A stretch of DNA of 64,000 bases from an uncultured Solirubrobacterales bacterium (GCA_963701945.1 CAVPBV010000017.1:184172-248171), one strand, 5' to 3'. Shown: positions 27,792 through 38,560, counted from the first letter of the stretch. Notes: generated by a model from the sequence alone, not told the origin. A program made the numbers and translations.

Positions 27792-29894
27792 CTACTGCAG
27801 AGTGGCCAGCGCAAGCGGCAGTACCCGTTCGGCGCCGGCGCGGCGGAGCTGGCCGCCGACCATCGCCAGCGTCCAGCCCGAGATGCGGCGATCGTCGAGC
27901 AGGACGCCCGTGCCCGGCGGCGGCCTGTCCACGACCCGGAACGCGCCGCGTACATTGGCCGCCTGCTGGGCCGCGTTGGCCATCTCGCGCTGGGGCGGTC
28001 GTTCGGACACCCGGTTCACGAGCGGCACAAACGGAACCGACAGCGCGTCGGCGACCCGTTGCCCGAGGCGCGAAACTGCCTCGCCGAGCCGCACCGACGG
28101 CACCGCCGTGACCCAATCACCGCCGCCGGCACGCACGATGTCGGCGAGCGCCGCCACGACGTCGTCTTCGAACTCGCCGGCCGCGATGCCGCGATCAACC
28201 GCCGGCCACCATCCGCCGTCGCCGAACCGCGCCAGCGCCCACCCGGGCTCAACCAGCACGTCGGCGGGGATCTTGCGCATGACGCCCGCGGCGTCGGGCG
28301 CCATCTTCTTGACCTCGAGCTCGATCGGGGTCGAGCGCAGGTGGCGCCCGGCCGCCTCGACCAGCGCCGGATCCGGGGGCGTGTCGAACCGGGGCCCCGC
28401 GCAGACCGAACATCGTCCGCAGTCCGCGGGCGATGGGTCGTCCAATTCCTCCTGCAAAACCCGCATCAGGCAGCGGCCGTCGGCGCCGAACGCGGCCATC
28501 GCCCGCTGCTCGGCGCGGCGCAACGCCGTCACTTCCGCGTAGCGCTCGGCGTCATAGCTCCAGTCCGCACCGGGAACGAGCTTCCAGCGGCTGCCCGCAC
28601 GCGTGACCGCGCCCTCGACATCGAGGATCTTCAGCATCGCCTCGATCCGGCCCATGCCGAGATTGACCTCCGCCATCAGCTCGCGCGTGGTCCGTCCCGC
28701 CTCGCCGGCGGCTGTCAGCGATTCCAGCACCGCGTACACCCGCTCCCGATCGGGGAACGCCTGCTCGATGAAGAAGTCCTGGATCCGGCGGTCCTCGCCG
28801 CCCCGGAGCAGGACGATGTCGGCGTGCTCGACGCCGCGGCCGGCGCGGCCGATCTGCTGGTAGTACGAGATGACCGAGCCGGGCGCCTGGTAGTGCACGA
28901 CGAACGTCAGGTCGGACTTGTCGTAGCCCATCCCGAGCGCGCTGGTGGCGACGACCGCCTTGATCTCGTTGCGGAGCAGGCGGTCCTCGGTGGCGATGCG
29001 ATCGCCGGTCTCGTGCTCGCCGCTGTACGGGACCGCGCTGATCCCCTGCGCCGACAGGAAAGCGGCGACTTGCTCCGCGTCGCGCTTGGTCAGCGTGTAG
29101 ACGATCCCCGATCCGTCCATGCGAGGCAGGTTCTCCGCCAGCCAGGCGAGTCGCTCGGCCGGCCGCGGCAAGTCGAGGACCTCCAACCGCAGGCTGGCGC
29201 GGGCCAGCGGCCCGCGGTAGGTACGCAACGCGTCGCGATCTTCGGCCGCGAGTTGCCCGGCCCCAAGCTGCTCGACGACATCGTCCACGACCCGGTTGTT
29301 CGCGGTCGCGGTCGTGCCGAGCACCGCCACGTCGGGGGCCAGCGCGTCGAGCATGTCCTTGACCCGCCGGTAGTCGGGGCGGAAGTCGTGACCCCAGTCC
29401 GAGATGCAGTGGGCCTCGTCGATCACCAGCAGCCCGACCGACGCCGCGAACAGCGGCAGCATCTCGTCGCGAAAGCGAGGGTTGTTCAGGCGCTCGGGAC
29501 TGATCAGCAGCAGGTCGATCGTGCCCGCCGCAAGCCGGTCGCGGACGTCGTCCCACTCCTCCCGGTTGGTGCTGTTGATCGTGTGCGCTCGAAGACCGAG
29601 GCGCTCGGCGGCCGTGATCTGGTTACGCATCAGCGCCAGCAGGGGGCTGACGATCAGCGTCGGGCCGGCGCCGGCCTCGCGGAGCAGCGCGGTCGCGACG
29701 AAGTACACCGCGGACTTGCCCCAGCCGGTCCGCTGCACGCACAGCACGCGGGCGCGGTCGACGACCACGTCCCGGATCGCGTCGAGCTGATCCGGGCGGA
29801 ACTCGGCGTCCGGGTCATCGGTGAGAATTCGCAGCTGATCCAGGGCAGCGGCGGGGATCGTTTCGGAGTCGGTTATCGGCACTCTGAAGTACAA
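27792..29894 (-). CDS. RecQ-family ATP-dependent DNA helicase with a C-terminal PRTase-like domain
   Basis: QRTGWGKS, SPLLALMRNQ, IDEAHCISDWGHDFRPDY, ATSALGMGYDK, YYQQIGRAGR and a zinc motif C..DCGRCSVC. The start may be GTG 29882. Confidence 0.92.
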   Translation of the reverse strand: MYFRVPITDSETIPAAALDQLRILTDDPDAEFRPDQLDAIRDVVVDRARVLCVQRTGWGKSAVYFVATALLREAGAGPTLIVSPLLALMRNQITAAERLGLRAHTINSTNREEWDDVRDRLAAGTIDLLLISPERLNNPRFRDEMLPLFAASVGLLVIDEAHCISDWGHDFRPDYRRVKDMLDALAPDVAVLGTTATANNRVVDDVVEQLGAGQLAAEDRDALRTYRGPLARASLRLEVLDLPRPAERLAWLAENLPRMDGSGIVYTLTKRDAEQVAAFLSAQGISAVPYSGEHETGDRIATEDRLLRNEIKAVVATSALGMGYDKSDLTFVVHYQAPGSVISYYQQIGRAGRGVEHADIVLLRGGEDRRIQDFFIEQAFPDRERVYAVLESLTAAGEAGRTTRELMAEVNLGMGRIEAMLKILDVEGAVTRAGSRWKLVPGADWSYDAERYAEVTALRRAEQRAMAAFGADGRCLMRVLQEELDDPSPADCGRCSVCAGPRFDTPPDPALVEAAGRHLRSTPIELEVKKMAPDAAGVMRKIPADVLVEPGWALARFGDGGWWPAVDRGIAAGEFEDDVVAALADIVRAGGGDWVTAVPSVRLGEAVSRLGQRVADALSVPFVPLVNRVSERPPQREMANAAQQAANVRGAFRVVDRPPPGTGVLLDDRRISGWTLAMVGGQLRRAGAERVLPLALATLQ

Positions 29895-29941
29895 GAGTCG
29901 CAGGCGGCCCGGAAATCACCCCCGAGGTACGGTCGTAACGA

Positions 29942-32900
29942 ATGCTGTATGTCCACCGAGCCGAGCGTGCGGACCGTCTCGCCGACGGCCTGGCCGAGAC
30001 GCTGCTCGAGCCGCCAGAGAACGAGTTCGCGTCCGATGTAGTCGCGGTTCCGACGCGCGGGATCGAGCGCTGGCTAACCCAGCGCCTCTCGACGCAGCTC
30101 GGAACCACCGGCGACCGCCACGACGGCGTGTGCGCCAACGTCGACTTTCCGTTTCCCGGACGGCTGATCCAGGCGGCGCTGGCGGCGGCCAGCGGGATCG
30201 ATCCGGAAAACGACCCATGGGTAGCGGAACGATCGGTCTGGCGCCTGCTCGAGCTCGTCGACGAGTGCCTGGACGAGCCTTGGCTGGCGACGCTTGCGCG
30301 CCACCTTGAGGGAGCACGCGGCGACCCGGAGGACCCGATGCGCCGGTTCGGAGCGGTCCGCCACATTGCCGACCTATTCGATCGCTACGGCGTGCACCGT
30401 CCGGACATGGTGCGAGCCTGGGCCGCCGGGTCGTTTGCCAGCCCCGACGGCCCCGACGCCTGGCAGCCCGAGCTGTGGCGGCGCCTGCGGGCTCGGATCG
30501 GCGTGCCGAGTCCGGCCGAACGGCTCGTGCCGGCGTGCGAGCGAATTCGGAGCGACGTGGGGTTGCTCGACCTCCCGGCGCGGCTGTCGCTGTTCGGGCT
30601 GACGCGGATCCCGCGCTCCTACCTCGACGTGCTGGCCGCGATCGCGGATCAGCGCGACCTGCATCTGTTCGTGCTCCACCCCTCGCCGTCGCTCTGGGAG
30701 ACCGTGGCCGCGGGGCTCGGAGGCGGTCCGCCGATCACGAACCGGCGCGAGGACCCGACCGCCGCAGCGGCCGCCAACCGGCTGCTCGCGTCCTGGGGCC
30801 GCGACGTCCGCGAGCTCCAGCTTGTGCTCGCGAGCGCCGGTGAGGCCACCGACCGCCACCACGAGCTGCCGGCGGCGGAGACGGACTCGCTGCTCGCGAG
30901 GATCCAAAGTGGGGTCCGCGAGGATCGCCCGCCGCCCGGACCCGCGCTGCCGGGCGAGCCGGACCCTCGGCCCCAAGTCCACGAAGACGATCGATCCGTC
31001 CAGATCCATGCCTGCCACGGCCGCGCGCGCCAGGTCGAGGTGCTCCGCGACGTGGTCCTTCATCTGCTCGCGGATGACCCCACGCTCGAGCCGCGCGACG
31101 TGATCGTGATGTGCCCGGACATCGAGACGTTCGCGCCGCTGATCCAGGCCACGTTCGGCTCGGGACAGCACGCGGACGACGATGAGGATGACGACGGCGA
31201 CGGGGACGCCGCGCACAAGCGCCTGCCCGATCTACGCGTCAGACTCGCCGACCGCTCGCTCCGTCAGACCAATCCCGTGCTGGGGGTCCTCAGCCAGCTG
31301 CTCGCGCTGGCCGACCAGCGCGCTACCGCGTCACAGCTGCTCGACCTGGCCGGGCGCGAGCCGGTCCGCCGGCGGTTCGGCTTCGACGACGATGACCTGT
31401 CGCGGATGCAGGAATGGGTCGCCGAGAGCGGGATTCGATGGGGGTTCGACCACGAGCACCGCGAGCCGTTCAAGCTTGGCTCGCTCCAGGCCAACACGTG
31501 GCGACGGGGCCTCGACCGGATGCTGGTCGGCGTCGCGATGACCGAGCAGGACAGGCGGCTCGTCCAGGGCGTGCTGCCGCTCGACGACGTCGACAGCGGC
31601 GCGATCGACCTCGCCGGGCGCTTCGCCGAGTTCGTCGACCGGGTGAAGGCAGCGGCCGACGCGCTCACCGAGCCCAAACCGATCGGCCGCTGGGTCGACG
31701 CGATCGCGCAGGCCGCCGACTCGCTCACCGCCACGAGCGAACGCGACTCCTGGCAGCGCCGCGAGCTACAGCGCCTTCTCGGAGATGTCGATACGGAGTC
31801 CGGTCAGTCCGGCGCTACGGGGGTGGCGGCCCCGGAGCTCGAGCTCGCGGACGTTCGGGTCCTGCTCGCGGACCGGCTCCGCGGACGCCCGACGAGAGCG
31901 AACTTCCGCACGGGCCATCTCACCGTGTGCACGCTCGTGCCGATGCGCTCGGTTCCCCACCGGGTCGTGTGCGTTCTCGGTCTCGACGACGGCGAGTTTC
32001 CCCGCCGCACCCGCCGCGACGGCGACGACCTGCTGCTCGCCGAGCCCTACGTCGGCGACCGCGACCCTCGCACCGAAGACCGCCAGATGCTGCTCGACGC
32101 GCTGATGGCGGCGACCGAGCGGCTCGTTATCACCTACACAGGCGCCGATGAGCGCACGAACGTGCGGCGGCCCCCGGCCGTTCCCGTCGGCGAGCTACTC
32201 GACATCGTCGACCGGACGGTGCGGTCCGAAAACGGCTCACCCCGCGATCAGATCGTGGTCCATCATCCGCTGCAGCCGTTCGATCCCCGGAACTTCGTTC
32301 CCGGGCAGCTCATGCCCGATCGGCCGTGGAGCTTCGACCCGCAGGCGCTCGCCGGCGCGCGGGCGATCAAGCGGCCTCGCAACCCCGACACGTCGTTCCT
32401 GCCGGAGCCACTGCCGCCTCGGTCCAACACGGTGATCGAGCTCGACAAGCTCGTGCGGTTCGTCGAGCAGCCCGTGCGCGCGTTCCTGCGCGACCGGCTC
32501 GGGATCAGCGTGAGCGAGTTCTTCGATGAGGTGGAGGATGAGCTCCCGGTCGAGCTCGACGCGCTCGGCAAGTGGGGCGTCGGCCAGCGGCTGCTCGACG
32601 GCGTGCTCGCCGGCGCCGACCTCGACGCCTGCAAGAAGGCCGAGCTCGCGCGCGGCACGCTTCCGCCGGGTCACCTCGCGCTGCCGGTGCTCGACGAGAT
32701 CGGCGCGGTCGTAGCGCAGCTCGCGAGCGCGGCGAAGGCACTCGGGGTGGCTGGGCCGCCGGGATCGCTCGACGTCAATCTGGCGCTACCCGACGGGCGC
32801 ACGCTTGCCGGGACCGTCACGGGCGTGTGCGGTGACACGATTCGCGCGACCTCATATTCGCGCGTTCGCCCGCGCGACCGGCTGCGGGCGTGGGTCAAGC

Positions 32901-33370
32901 TGCTGGCGCTGAGCGCCGCACGCCCCGAGCGGCCTTTCGAGTCGCTGGTCATCGGACGGGCGCAGGCCGGTGCGTATCGGGCGGACGTGTCGGTCGCGCG
33001 GATCGGGCCGGTCGGTGCCGACGCGCTCGCTCAGCTGGAGATCCTGATTGACCTCTACGACCGCGGTATGCGTGAGCCGCTGCCGCTGTCGTGCGACGCA
33101 TCGGCCGCCTACGCCCGGGCGGCGATCGCCGGCCACGATGGAACCGGCGTGGCCGACAAGGCGTGGACGAGCACGTTCGACTACCCCAAGGAGGACCGGC
33201 AGCCGGAGCACGTGCTCGTGTACGGCGGCTCAGTTCCGTTGTCCGAGCTCCTCGCGCCGCCGCCCCGGGACGACGAGGACTGGTACGACGACGAGGCGAG
33301 CCGCTTTGGGGTCTATGCGCGCCGGCTGTGGGCCGGCCTGCTCGACCGCGAGTCGGTGGACGACCGATGA
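29942..33370 (+). CDS. recC: Exodeoxyribonuclease V gamma subunit
   Basis: VAVPTRGIERWL, IHACHGRARQVEVLRD, DVIVMCPDI, CTLVPMRSVPHRVVCVLGLDD and HPLQPFD. Confidence 0.93.
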   Translation: MLYVHRAERADRLADGLAETLLEPPENEFASDVVAVPTRGIERWLTQRLSTQLGTTGDRHDGVCANVDFPFPGRLIQAALAAASGIDPENDPWVAERSVWRLLELVDECLDEPWLATLARHLEGARGDPEDPMRRFGAVRHIADLFDRYGVHRPDMVRAWAAGSFASPDGPDAWQPELWRRLRARIGVPSPAERLVPACERIRSDVGLLDLPARLSLFGLTRIPRSYLDVLAAIADQRDLHLFVLHPSPSLWETVAAGLGGGPPITNRREDPTAAAAANRLLASWGRDVRELQLVLASAGEATDRHHELPAAETDSLLARIQSGVREDRPPPGPALPGEPDPRPQVHEDDRSVQIHACHGRARQVEVLRDVVLHLLADDPTLEPRDVIVMCPDIETFAPLIQATFGSGQHADDDEDDDGDGDAAHKRLPDLRVRLADRSLRQTNPVLGVLSQLLALADQRATASQLLDLAGREPVRRRFGFDDDDLSRMQEWVAESGIRWGFDHEHREPFKLGSLQANTWRRGLDRMLVGVAMTEQDRRLVQGVLPLDDVDSGAIDLAGRFAEFVDRVKAAADALTEPKPIGRWVDAIAQAADSLTATSERDSWQRRELQRLLGDVDTESGQSGATGVAAPELELADVRVLLADRLRGRPTRANFRTGHLTVCTLVPMRSVPHRVVCVLGLDDGEFPRRTRRDGDDLLLAEPYVGDRDPRTEDRQMLLDALMAATERLVITYTGADERTNVRRPPAVPVGELLDIVDRTVRSENGSPRDQIVVHHPLQPFDPRNFVPGQLMPDRPWSFDPQALAGARAIKRPRNPDTSFLPEPLPPRSNTVIELDKLVRFVEQPVRAFLRDRLGISVSEFFDEVEDELPVELDALGKWGVGQRLLDGVLAGADLDACKKAELARGTLPPGHLALPVLDEIGAVVAQLASAAKALGVAGPPGSLDVNLALPDGRTLAGTVTGVCGDTIRATSYSRVRPRDRLRAWVKLLALSAARPERPFESLVIGRAQAGAYRADVSVARIGPVGADALAQLEILIDLYDRGMREPLPLSCDASAAYARAAIAGHDGTGVADKAWTSTFDYPKEDRQPEHVLVYGGSVPLSELLAPPPRDDEDWYDDEASRFGVYARRLWAGLLDRESVDDR

Positions 33371-36300
33371 GCGCCCTGTCGGCGTACACCGACTTCGACG
33401 TCTGCGGTCCGCTGCCCTCGGGCGTGACGGTGCTCGAGGCGAGCGCAGGGACCGGCAAGACGTACACGATCGCTGCGCTGACCGCGCGCTACGTGGCGGA
33501 GGGAACGCCGCTTGACCGGCTGCTCCTGATCACGTTTACGCGGATGGCCACGGGTGAGCTGCGGGACCGCGTCCGCGAGCGGCTGGTCGGATGCGAGCAG
33601 GCGCTGTCGGCGATCCTCGCCGGCGCGTCCGACACGTATGGCGATCCTGTCGTTACCTTGCTGGCGACCGGGGATGCGGCGGACGTCGAACTGCGTCGCG
33701 ACCGGCTTGCGCGTGCCGTGGCGGACTTCGATGCCGCCACGATCGCGACCACGCATGGCTTCTGCCAGGAGGTGCTGGCCGAGCTCGGGACGGTCGGCGA
33801 TCTGGATCGCGAGACCGCGTTCGTCGAGGATGTCTCCGATCTGCTCGAGCAGTCGCTCGATGACCTGTACGTGCGGCGCTTCCACCGTCGCGAGCGGGTG
33901 GGCGGGCCTCCAATCAAGCGAGCCGAGGCGCTCAAGATCGCCAGGGCGGCGGTGGACAACCCGATGGCGGAGCTCGAGCCGCGCGAGGAGCCGACCGACA
34001 GCACCGCGGCCATGCGCTACCGGCTGGCCAGGGCGGTCCGCAACGAGCTCGAGCAGCGCAAGCGGCGGCTCGCGATCATGACCTACGACGACCTGCTGAC
34101 CAGGCTGAAGGACACGCTCGATGGCCCGAGCGGAGAGGCCGCGCGTGAACGCCTGCGCTCACGGTTCGACGTCGTGCTCGTCGACGAGTTTCAGGACACC
34201 GACCCGATCCAGTGGCAGATCCTCGATCGCGCGTTCGCGAAGGGGGGCGTCACGCTCGTGCTCGTCGCCGACCCCAAGCAGGCGATCTACGCGTTCCGCG
34301 GCGCCGACGTGTTCGCGTACCTCAAGGCGGCCGAGATCGCCGGCGCGCGCGCCACGTTGCGCGAGAATCGCCGCGCCGACCAGAGCCTGATCGACGCCTA
34401 CGACGCGTTGTTCGCCGGTGCCAACCTCGGTCACGAGGGGATCACGTACCGCGAGGTCAGGGCCACGCCGGCACACCGGAAGCCCCGCCTTGTAGGCGCG
34501 CCGAGCGACGCAGCGCTCCGGGTGCGCGTCGTCCATCGCGATGGTCCCACGATCCAGCGCACGCAGAACGGATTCGCCGCCACCGACTCGGTCCGCTCGC
34601 ACGTCGCCGCCGATCTCGCCGCCGACGTCGTCGCGCTGCTGTCCTCGAACGCGCGGATCAAGCACCGATCCCCCACCGGAGAGCCGATCGGCGACGAACC
34701 GCTGTGCCCGCGCCACATCGCCGTGCTCGTCCGCAGAAACGCCGATGCCGAGCGCGTCCAGGAAGAACTCCTGAATGCCCGCGTGCCGGCGGTCCTCAAC
34801 GGCGCCGGCACCGTGTTCGCCACCCGCTCCGCGCGCGATTGGCTGGCCCTGCTGGAAGCCATCGAGCGACCTGCCTCGCCGGTCCGGGCGAGAACTGCTG
34901 CTTTGACTCTTTTTCTGGGGTGGCGAGCGGAGCGGATCGCCATTGCCAGTGACGAGGAATGGGACGAGGTTCATAGGCGCCTTCACCGCTGGAGCCGGAT
35001 CCTCCGCGATCGCGGTGTCGCCGCGCTGCTCGAGGAGATCACCGTCGGCGAGGATTTGGCCGCGCGCGTGCTTTCGTCCGGCGACGGCGAGCGCCGGCTG
35101 ACCGATGTGCGCCACCTCGCGCAGTTGCTGCATCGTGCCGCGAGCACCGAGCGACTCGGGGTCACCGCGCTGCGCGGCTGGCTGGCCGAGCGCGTCGCCG
35201 ACGCGGATGGCGACGAGGGTGAGGAGGAGCGCGCTCGGCGGCTTGAATCGGACGCCGAGGCGGTCCAGGTGCTGACGATCCATCGCAGCAAGGGGCTCGA
35301 GTTCCCGGTCGTGTACTGCCCGTTCCTGTGGCATCCGACCTGGATCCGGGAGAAGGAACCCGTGTCGTTCCACGATCCCTCGACCGGGTACAAGCACACG
35401 GTCGACGTCGGACTCGAAGGGGCCACGTTCAAGCGCCATTTCGAGCAGCACGTGATCGAGGAGCGTGGCGAGGACCTGCGGCTCGCGTACGTCGCGCTCA
35501 CGCGCGCCAAGCACCAGGCGGTGATCTGGTGGGCCGGCACCAGGGACAGCCGACACTCACCGCTCACGCGGCTGCTGTTCTCAAAGGACGCTGACGGCAA
35601 CATCGCGGCGTACGGCAAGTCGACTCCGACGGACGCCGCCCTGGTCGAGCGCTTCCACGAACTGGCCGCGGCCGCGCCCGGTCAGATCGCGGTCGAGCGG
35701 TCGAGTCTCGCGGGCGTGCCGGCGGCTTGGAGTCCATCGCTCGAGCCGCCGGTCGACCTGGCGGCCGCGCAGTTCGACCGCCGCCTCGACCTCTGGTGGC
35801 GGCGGACGTCGTACACCGACATCACCGCCGAGGCGCACGACCCGATGGTCGCGAGCGAGCCCGAGCGGCCGGTCTTGAGCGACGAGCCCGAGACGGCCAC
35901 GCCGGTCGTGGCCCGGGGCGATGCTCGGCTGCAGCTCGAGCGTGAATCGCCGCTCGGGGAGGCGCCCGTGGGGGTCGAGTTCGGGACGTTCGTCCACACC
36001 GTGCTCGAGGCGACGGACTTCGCCGCGCCCGACCTCGACGCCGAGCTCGCCGAACGCGTTGCGGCCGCGCAGTCGCGCCGGTCGCTCGACCTAGGCGACG
36101 CCGACCAGGTCGTCCAGGGGCTGCGGGCGGCGATCTCGACGCCGCTCGGCGGGATTGTGGGCGGGGTGCGACTACGCGACATCGCGCGCTCGGACCGGCT
36201 CGACGAGCTCGAGTTCGAGCTGCCGCTTGCGGGCGGGGATGCGCCCACCGGGCGGCTGACCTTGGACGCGATCGCTCGCGCGCTGCGGCAGCATCTGTCC

Positions 36301-36738
36301 GCCGACGACCCGATGGCCGGGTACGCCGCGCGGCTCGAGGACCCGGCGCTCCGGGCTCAGGTGCGGGGCTTTCTCACCGGCAGCATCGACCTCGTGATCC
36401 GGCTCGACGGGCCGCAATTCGCGATCGTCGACTACAAGACGAACTGGCTCGGCCCCGCCGGCGAGCCGCTCACGCTTGCCCACTACCGACCAGATGTGTT
36501 GGCGGCGGAGATGAGCCGCGCGCACTACGGGCTCCAGGTGCTGCTCTACACGGTCGCCCTACACCGCTACCTCCGTTGGCGGCTGCCGGGGTACTCGCCG
36601 GACCGTCATCTGGCTGGAGTGCTCTACCTGTTCGTTCGCGGGATGGCCGGCGACTCGGACGCGGGCGTGTTCGCGTGGCGGCCGCCGGGAGCGCTCGTGC
36701 AGTCGCTGAGCGATGTCCTCGACGGGAGCGCAACGTGA
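33367..36738 (+). CDS. recB: Exodeoxyribonuclease V beta subunit (helicase-nuclease)
   Basis: EASAGTGKT, VDEFQDTD, TIHRSKGLEF, YVALTRA and the nuclease motif GSIDL..IVDYKTN. The ATG overlaps the recC stop. Confidence 0.93.
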   Translation: MSALSAYTDFDVCGPLPSGVTVLEASAGTGKTYTIAALTARYVAEGTPLDRLLLITFTRMATGELRDRVRERLVGCEQALSAILAGASDTYGDPVVTLLATGDAADVELRRDRLARAVADFDAATIATTHGFCQEVLAELGTVGDLDRETAFVEDVSDLLEQSLDDLYVRRFHRRERVGGPPIKRAEALKIARAAVDNPMAELEPREEPTDSTAAMRYRLARAVRNELEQRKRRLAIMTYDDLLTRLKDTLDGPSGEAARERLRSRFDVVLVDEFQDTDPIQWQILDRAFAKGGVTLVLVADPKQAIYAFRGADVFAYLKAAEIAGARATLRENRRADQSLIDAYDALFAGANLGHEGITYREVRATPAHRKPRLVGAPSDAALRVRVVHRDGPTIQRTQNGFAATDSVRSHVAADLAADVVALLSSNARIKHRSPTGEPIGDEPLCPRHIAVLVRRNADAERVQEELLNARVPAVLNGAGTVFATRSARDWLALLEAIERPASPVRARTAALTLFLGWRAERIAIASDEEWDEVHRRLHRWSRILRDRGVAALLEEITVGEDLAARVLSSGDGERRLTDVRHLAQLLHRAASTERLGVTALRGWLAERVADADGDEGEEERARRLESDAEAVQVLTIHRSKGLEFPVVYCPFLWHPTWIREKEPVSFHDPSTGYKHTVDVGLEGATFKRHFEQHVIEERGEDLRLAYVALTRAKHQAVIWWAGTRDSRHSPLTRLLFSKDADGNIAAYGKSTPTDAALVERFHELAAAAPGQIAVERSSLAGVPAAWSPSLEPPVDLAAAQFDRRLDLWWRRTSYTDITAEAHDPMVASEPERPVLSDEPETATPVVARGDARLQLERESPLGEAPVGVEFGTFVHTVLEATDFAAPDLDAELAERVAAAQSRRSLDLGDADQVVQGLRAAISTPLGGIVGGVRLRDIARSDRLDELEFELPLAGGDAPTGRLTLDAIARALRQHLSADDPMAGYAARLEDPALRAQVRGFLTGSIDLVIRLDGPQFAIVDYKTNWLGPAGEPLTLAHYRPDVLAAEMSRAHYGLQVLLYTVALHRYLRWRLPGYSPDRHLAGVLYLFVRGMAGDSDAGVFAWRPPGALVQSLSDVLDGSAT

Positions 36739-38486
36739 GCGCGCTCGCCGATCCGTTCGAGGCCCGGCGGGCCGTGGGCGCCACCGGGATCTTGCGCGAG
36801 TTCAACGAGATCGGCGTGCTGTCGGCCGCGGACGTGCACGTCGCCGCGCGGTTACGCGATCTGGTTGGCGAGGAGAGCGAGCCGGTTGCGCTTGCGGTTG
36901 CGCTGGCCGTGCGTGGGCCGCGGCTCGGCCACGTGTTCGTCGACCTGGCGACGATCCGCGACACCGCGAGCGTCGAGTCCGACGAGCCGGTAGACCTATC
37001 CGTGCTCCCGTGGCCTCCGGTAGGTGAATGGCTCGCCGAGCTCGGCGCGAGCGAGCTGGTCACCGTGGGTGAGGACGACGGCGGCGTTAGCCAGGCCCGA
37101 CCGCTGCGGCTGCTCGGGACCAGGCTTTACCTCGACCGCTACTGGCGCGAGGAATGTGCCGTCGCGGCGGATCTGAACGATATGACCGCGACGGGCCGGC
37201 TGGAGGTGATCGCCGGCGGACCGGGTACCGGGAAGACCACGCGCGTCGCGCGGGTCGTCGCGGAGCTGATTGATCGCGCGGTCGCGGCGGGGGAGCGGCC
37301 GCCGCTGGTCGCGCTGGCGGCGCCGACCGGCAAGGCGGCGGCGCGGCTGCAGGAGGCCGTTCACGAGGAGACGGCACAGCTGTCGGTCGGCGAGTCGGTG
37401 AGAGAGCTGCTGATGGGGCTGCGGGCCTCCACGCTTCACCGGCTGCTGGGGTGGCGGCCGGGGAGCCACAGCCGGTTCGCGCATGACCGCGGCAACCGCT
37501 TGCCTCACGACGTGGTGATCGTCGACGAGACCTCGATGGTGTCGCTGTCGTTGATGGCGCGTCTGGTTGAGGCGGTGCGCCCCGAGGCGCGGCTGATCCT
37601 CGTCGGGGACCCGGGGCAGCTGACGTCGATCGAGGCCGGCGTCGTGCTCGCGGACATCGTCGATGCCGGCCCCGAGGGCGAGGGCGTCGTCGTGCTGAAG
37701 CGCGTGCACCGGTACGGCGGGGGCATCGCGGCGCTCGCGGACGCGATCCGCCAGGGCGACGGCGACGCGACGGTGGCGGCGCTCCGCGGCGCGCCGGACG
37801 AGATCACGTGGCTTCCGATCGATGTGGACGAGACCGAGGCCGGCTTCGAGTTGGTCCGCGATCGGGCGATCGCGGCGGGACTAGACGTGGTCAGGGCCGC
37901 TCGCGAAGGGGAGGCTTCGGAGGCGCTTGTCGCGCTCGGGCGGTTCCGGCTGCTGTGCGCCCACAGGCGCGGTCCGTATGGCGTGGGCGATTGGAGCTCC
38001 CGAATCCAGGGGTGGCTCGCTCCGGATATCGAGGATATCGAGCAGCGCGACTTCGTCGGTCGACCGCTGCTGGTCACGGAGAACGACTATGAGCTCGGGC
38101 TCTACAACGGCGACACCGGCGTCATCGTCGCCGGGACCAGGACCAGGACCAGGACCGGGACCGGGACCGGGGCTGGCGAGCGTCCCGCGGCGGCGTTCGA
38201 GCGTGGCGGCGAGGTCCTGCGGTTCAGCCCGCTGCGGCTCGGCGCCGTCGACACCGTGTTCGCGATGACGATCCACAAGAGCCAGGGCTCCCAGTTCGAC
38301 ACGGCGGCGGTTCTGTTGCCAGCGCCGAGTTCCCGCATCCTCACGCGGGAACTGCTCTACACGGGCGTCACGCGTGCTCGCCGCGAGTTGATCCTCGTCG
38401 GGACCGAGGCGGCGGTGCGCCAGGCGGTCGAGCGCCCGGTGGCGCGCGCGTCGGGATTGCGAGAGAGGCTGTGGACACGCGAGTGA
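36735..38486 (+). CDS. recD: Exodeoxyribonuclease V alpha subunit
   Basis: GGPGTGKTT, APTGKAA, STLHRLLG, VDETSMV, VGDPGQL, MTIHKSQGSQF and LYTGVTRAR. The GTG overlaps the recB stop. Confidence 0.92.
   Translation: MSALADPFEARRAVGATGILREFNEIGVLSAADVHVAARLRDLVGEESEPVALAVALAVRGPRLGHVFVDLATIRDTASVESDEPVDLSVLPWPPVGEWLAELGASELVTVGEDDGGVSQARPLRLLGTRLYLDRYWREECAVAADLNDMTATGRLEVIAGGPGTGKTTRVARVVAELIDRAVAAGERPPLVALAAPTGKAAARLQEAVHEETAQLSVGESVRELLMGLRASTLHRLLGWRPGSHSRFAHDRGNRLPHDVVIVDETSMVSLSLMARLVEAVRPEARLILVGDPGQLTSIEAGVVLADIVDAGPEGEGVVVLKRVHRYGGGIAALADAIRQGDGDATVAALRGAPDEITWLPIDVDETEAGFELVRDRAIAAGLDVVRAAREGEASEALVALGRFRLLCAHRRGPYGVGDWSSRIQGWLAPDIEDIEQRDFVGRPLLVTENDYELGLYNGDTGVIVAGTRTRTRTGTGTGAGERPAAAFERGGEVLRFSPLRLGAVDTVFAMTIHKSQGSQFDTAAVLLPAPSSRILTRELLYTGVTRARRELILVGTEAAVRQAVERPVARASGLRERLWTRE
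38133..38168 (+). repeat. In-frame hexamer tandem repeat (RGGACC)6 inside recD
   Basis: GGGACC (AGGACC)3 (GGGACC)2, encoding GTRTRTRTGTGT. Confidence 0.9.
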
Positions 38487-38560
38487 GTCGGGTGAGATGA
38501 TCAGGGGCTAGGGCGAAGGACGCCACGGACGGGGCACTGAGCGTTCGACGAGGAGGATTG

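Noticed and set aside
27327-30041. 904-aa plus-strand ORF
   Set aside because: It is antisense to recQ and the aspartyl protease, Arg/Pro/Ala-rich and without motifs. This is a typical high-GC shadow frame.
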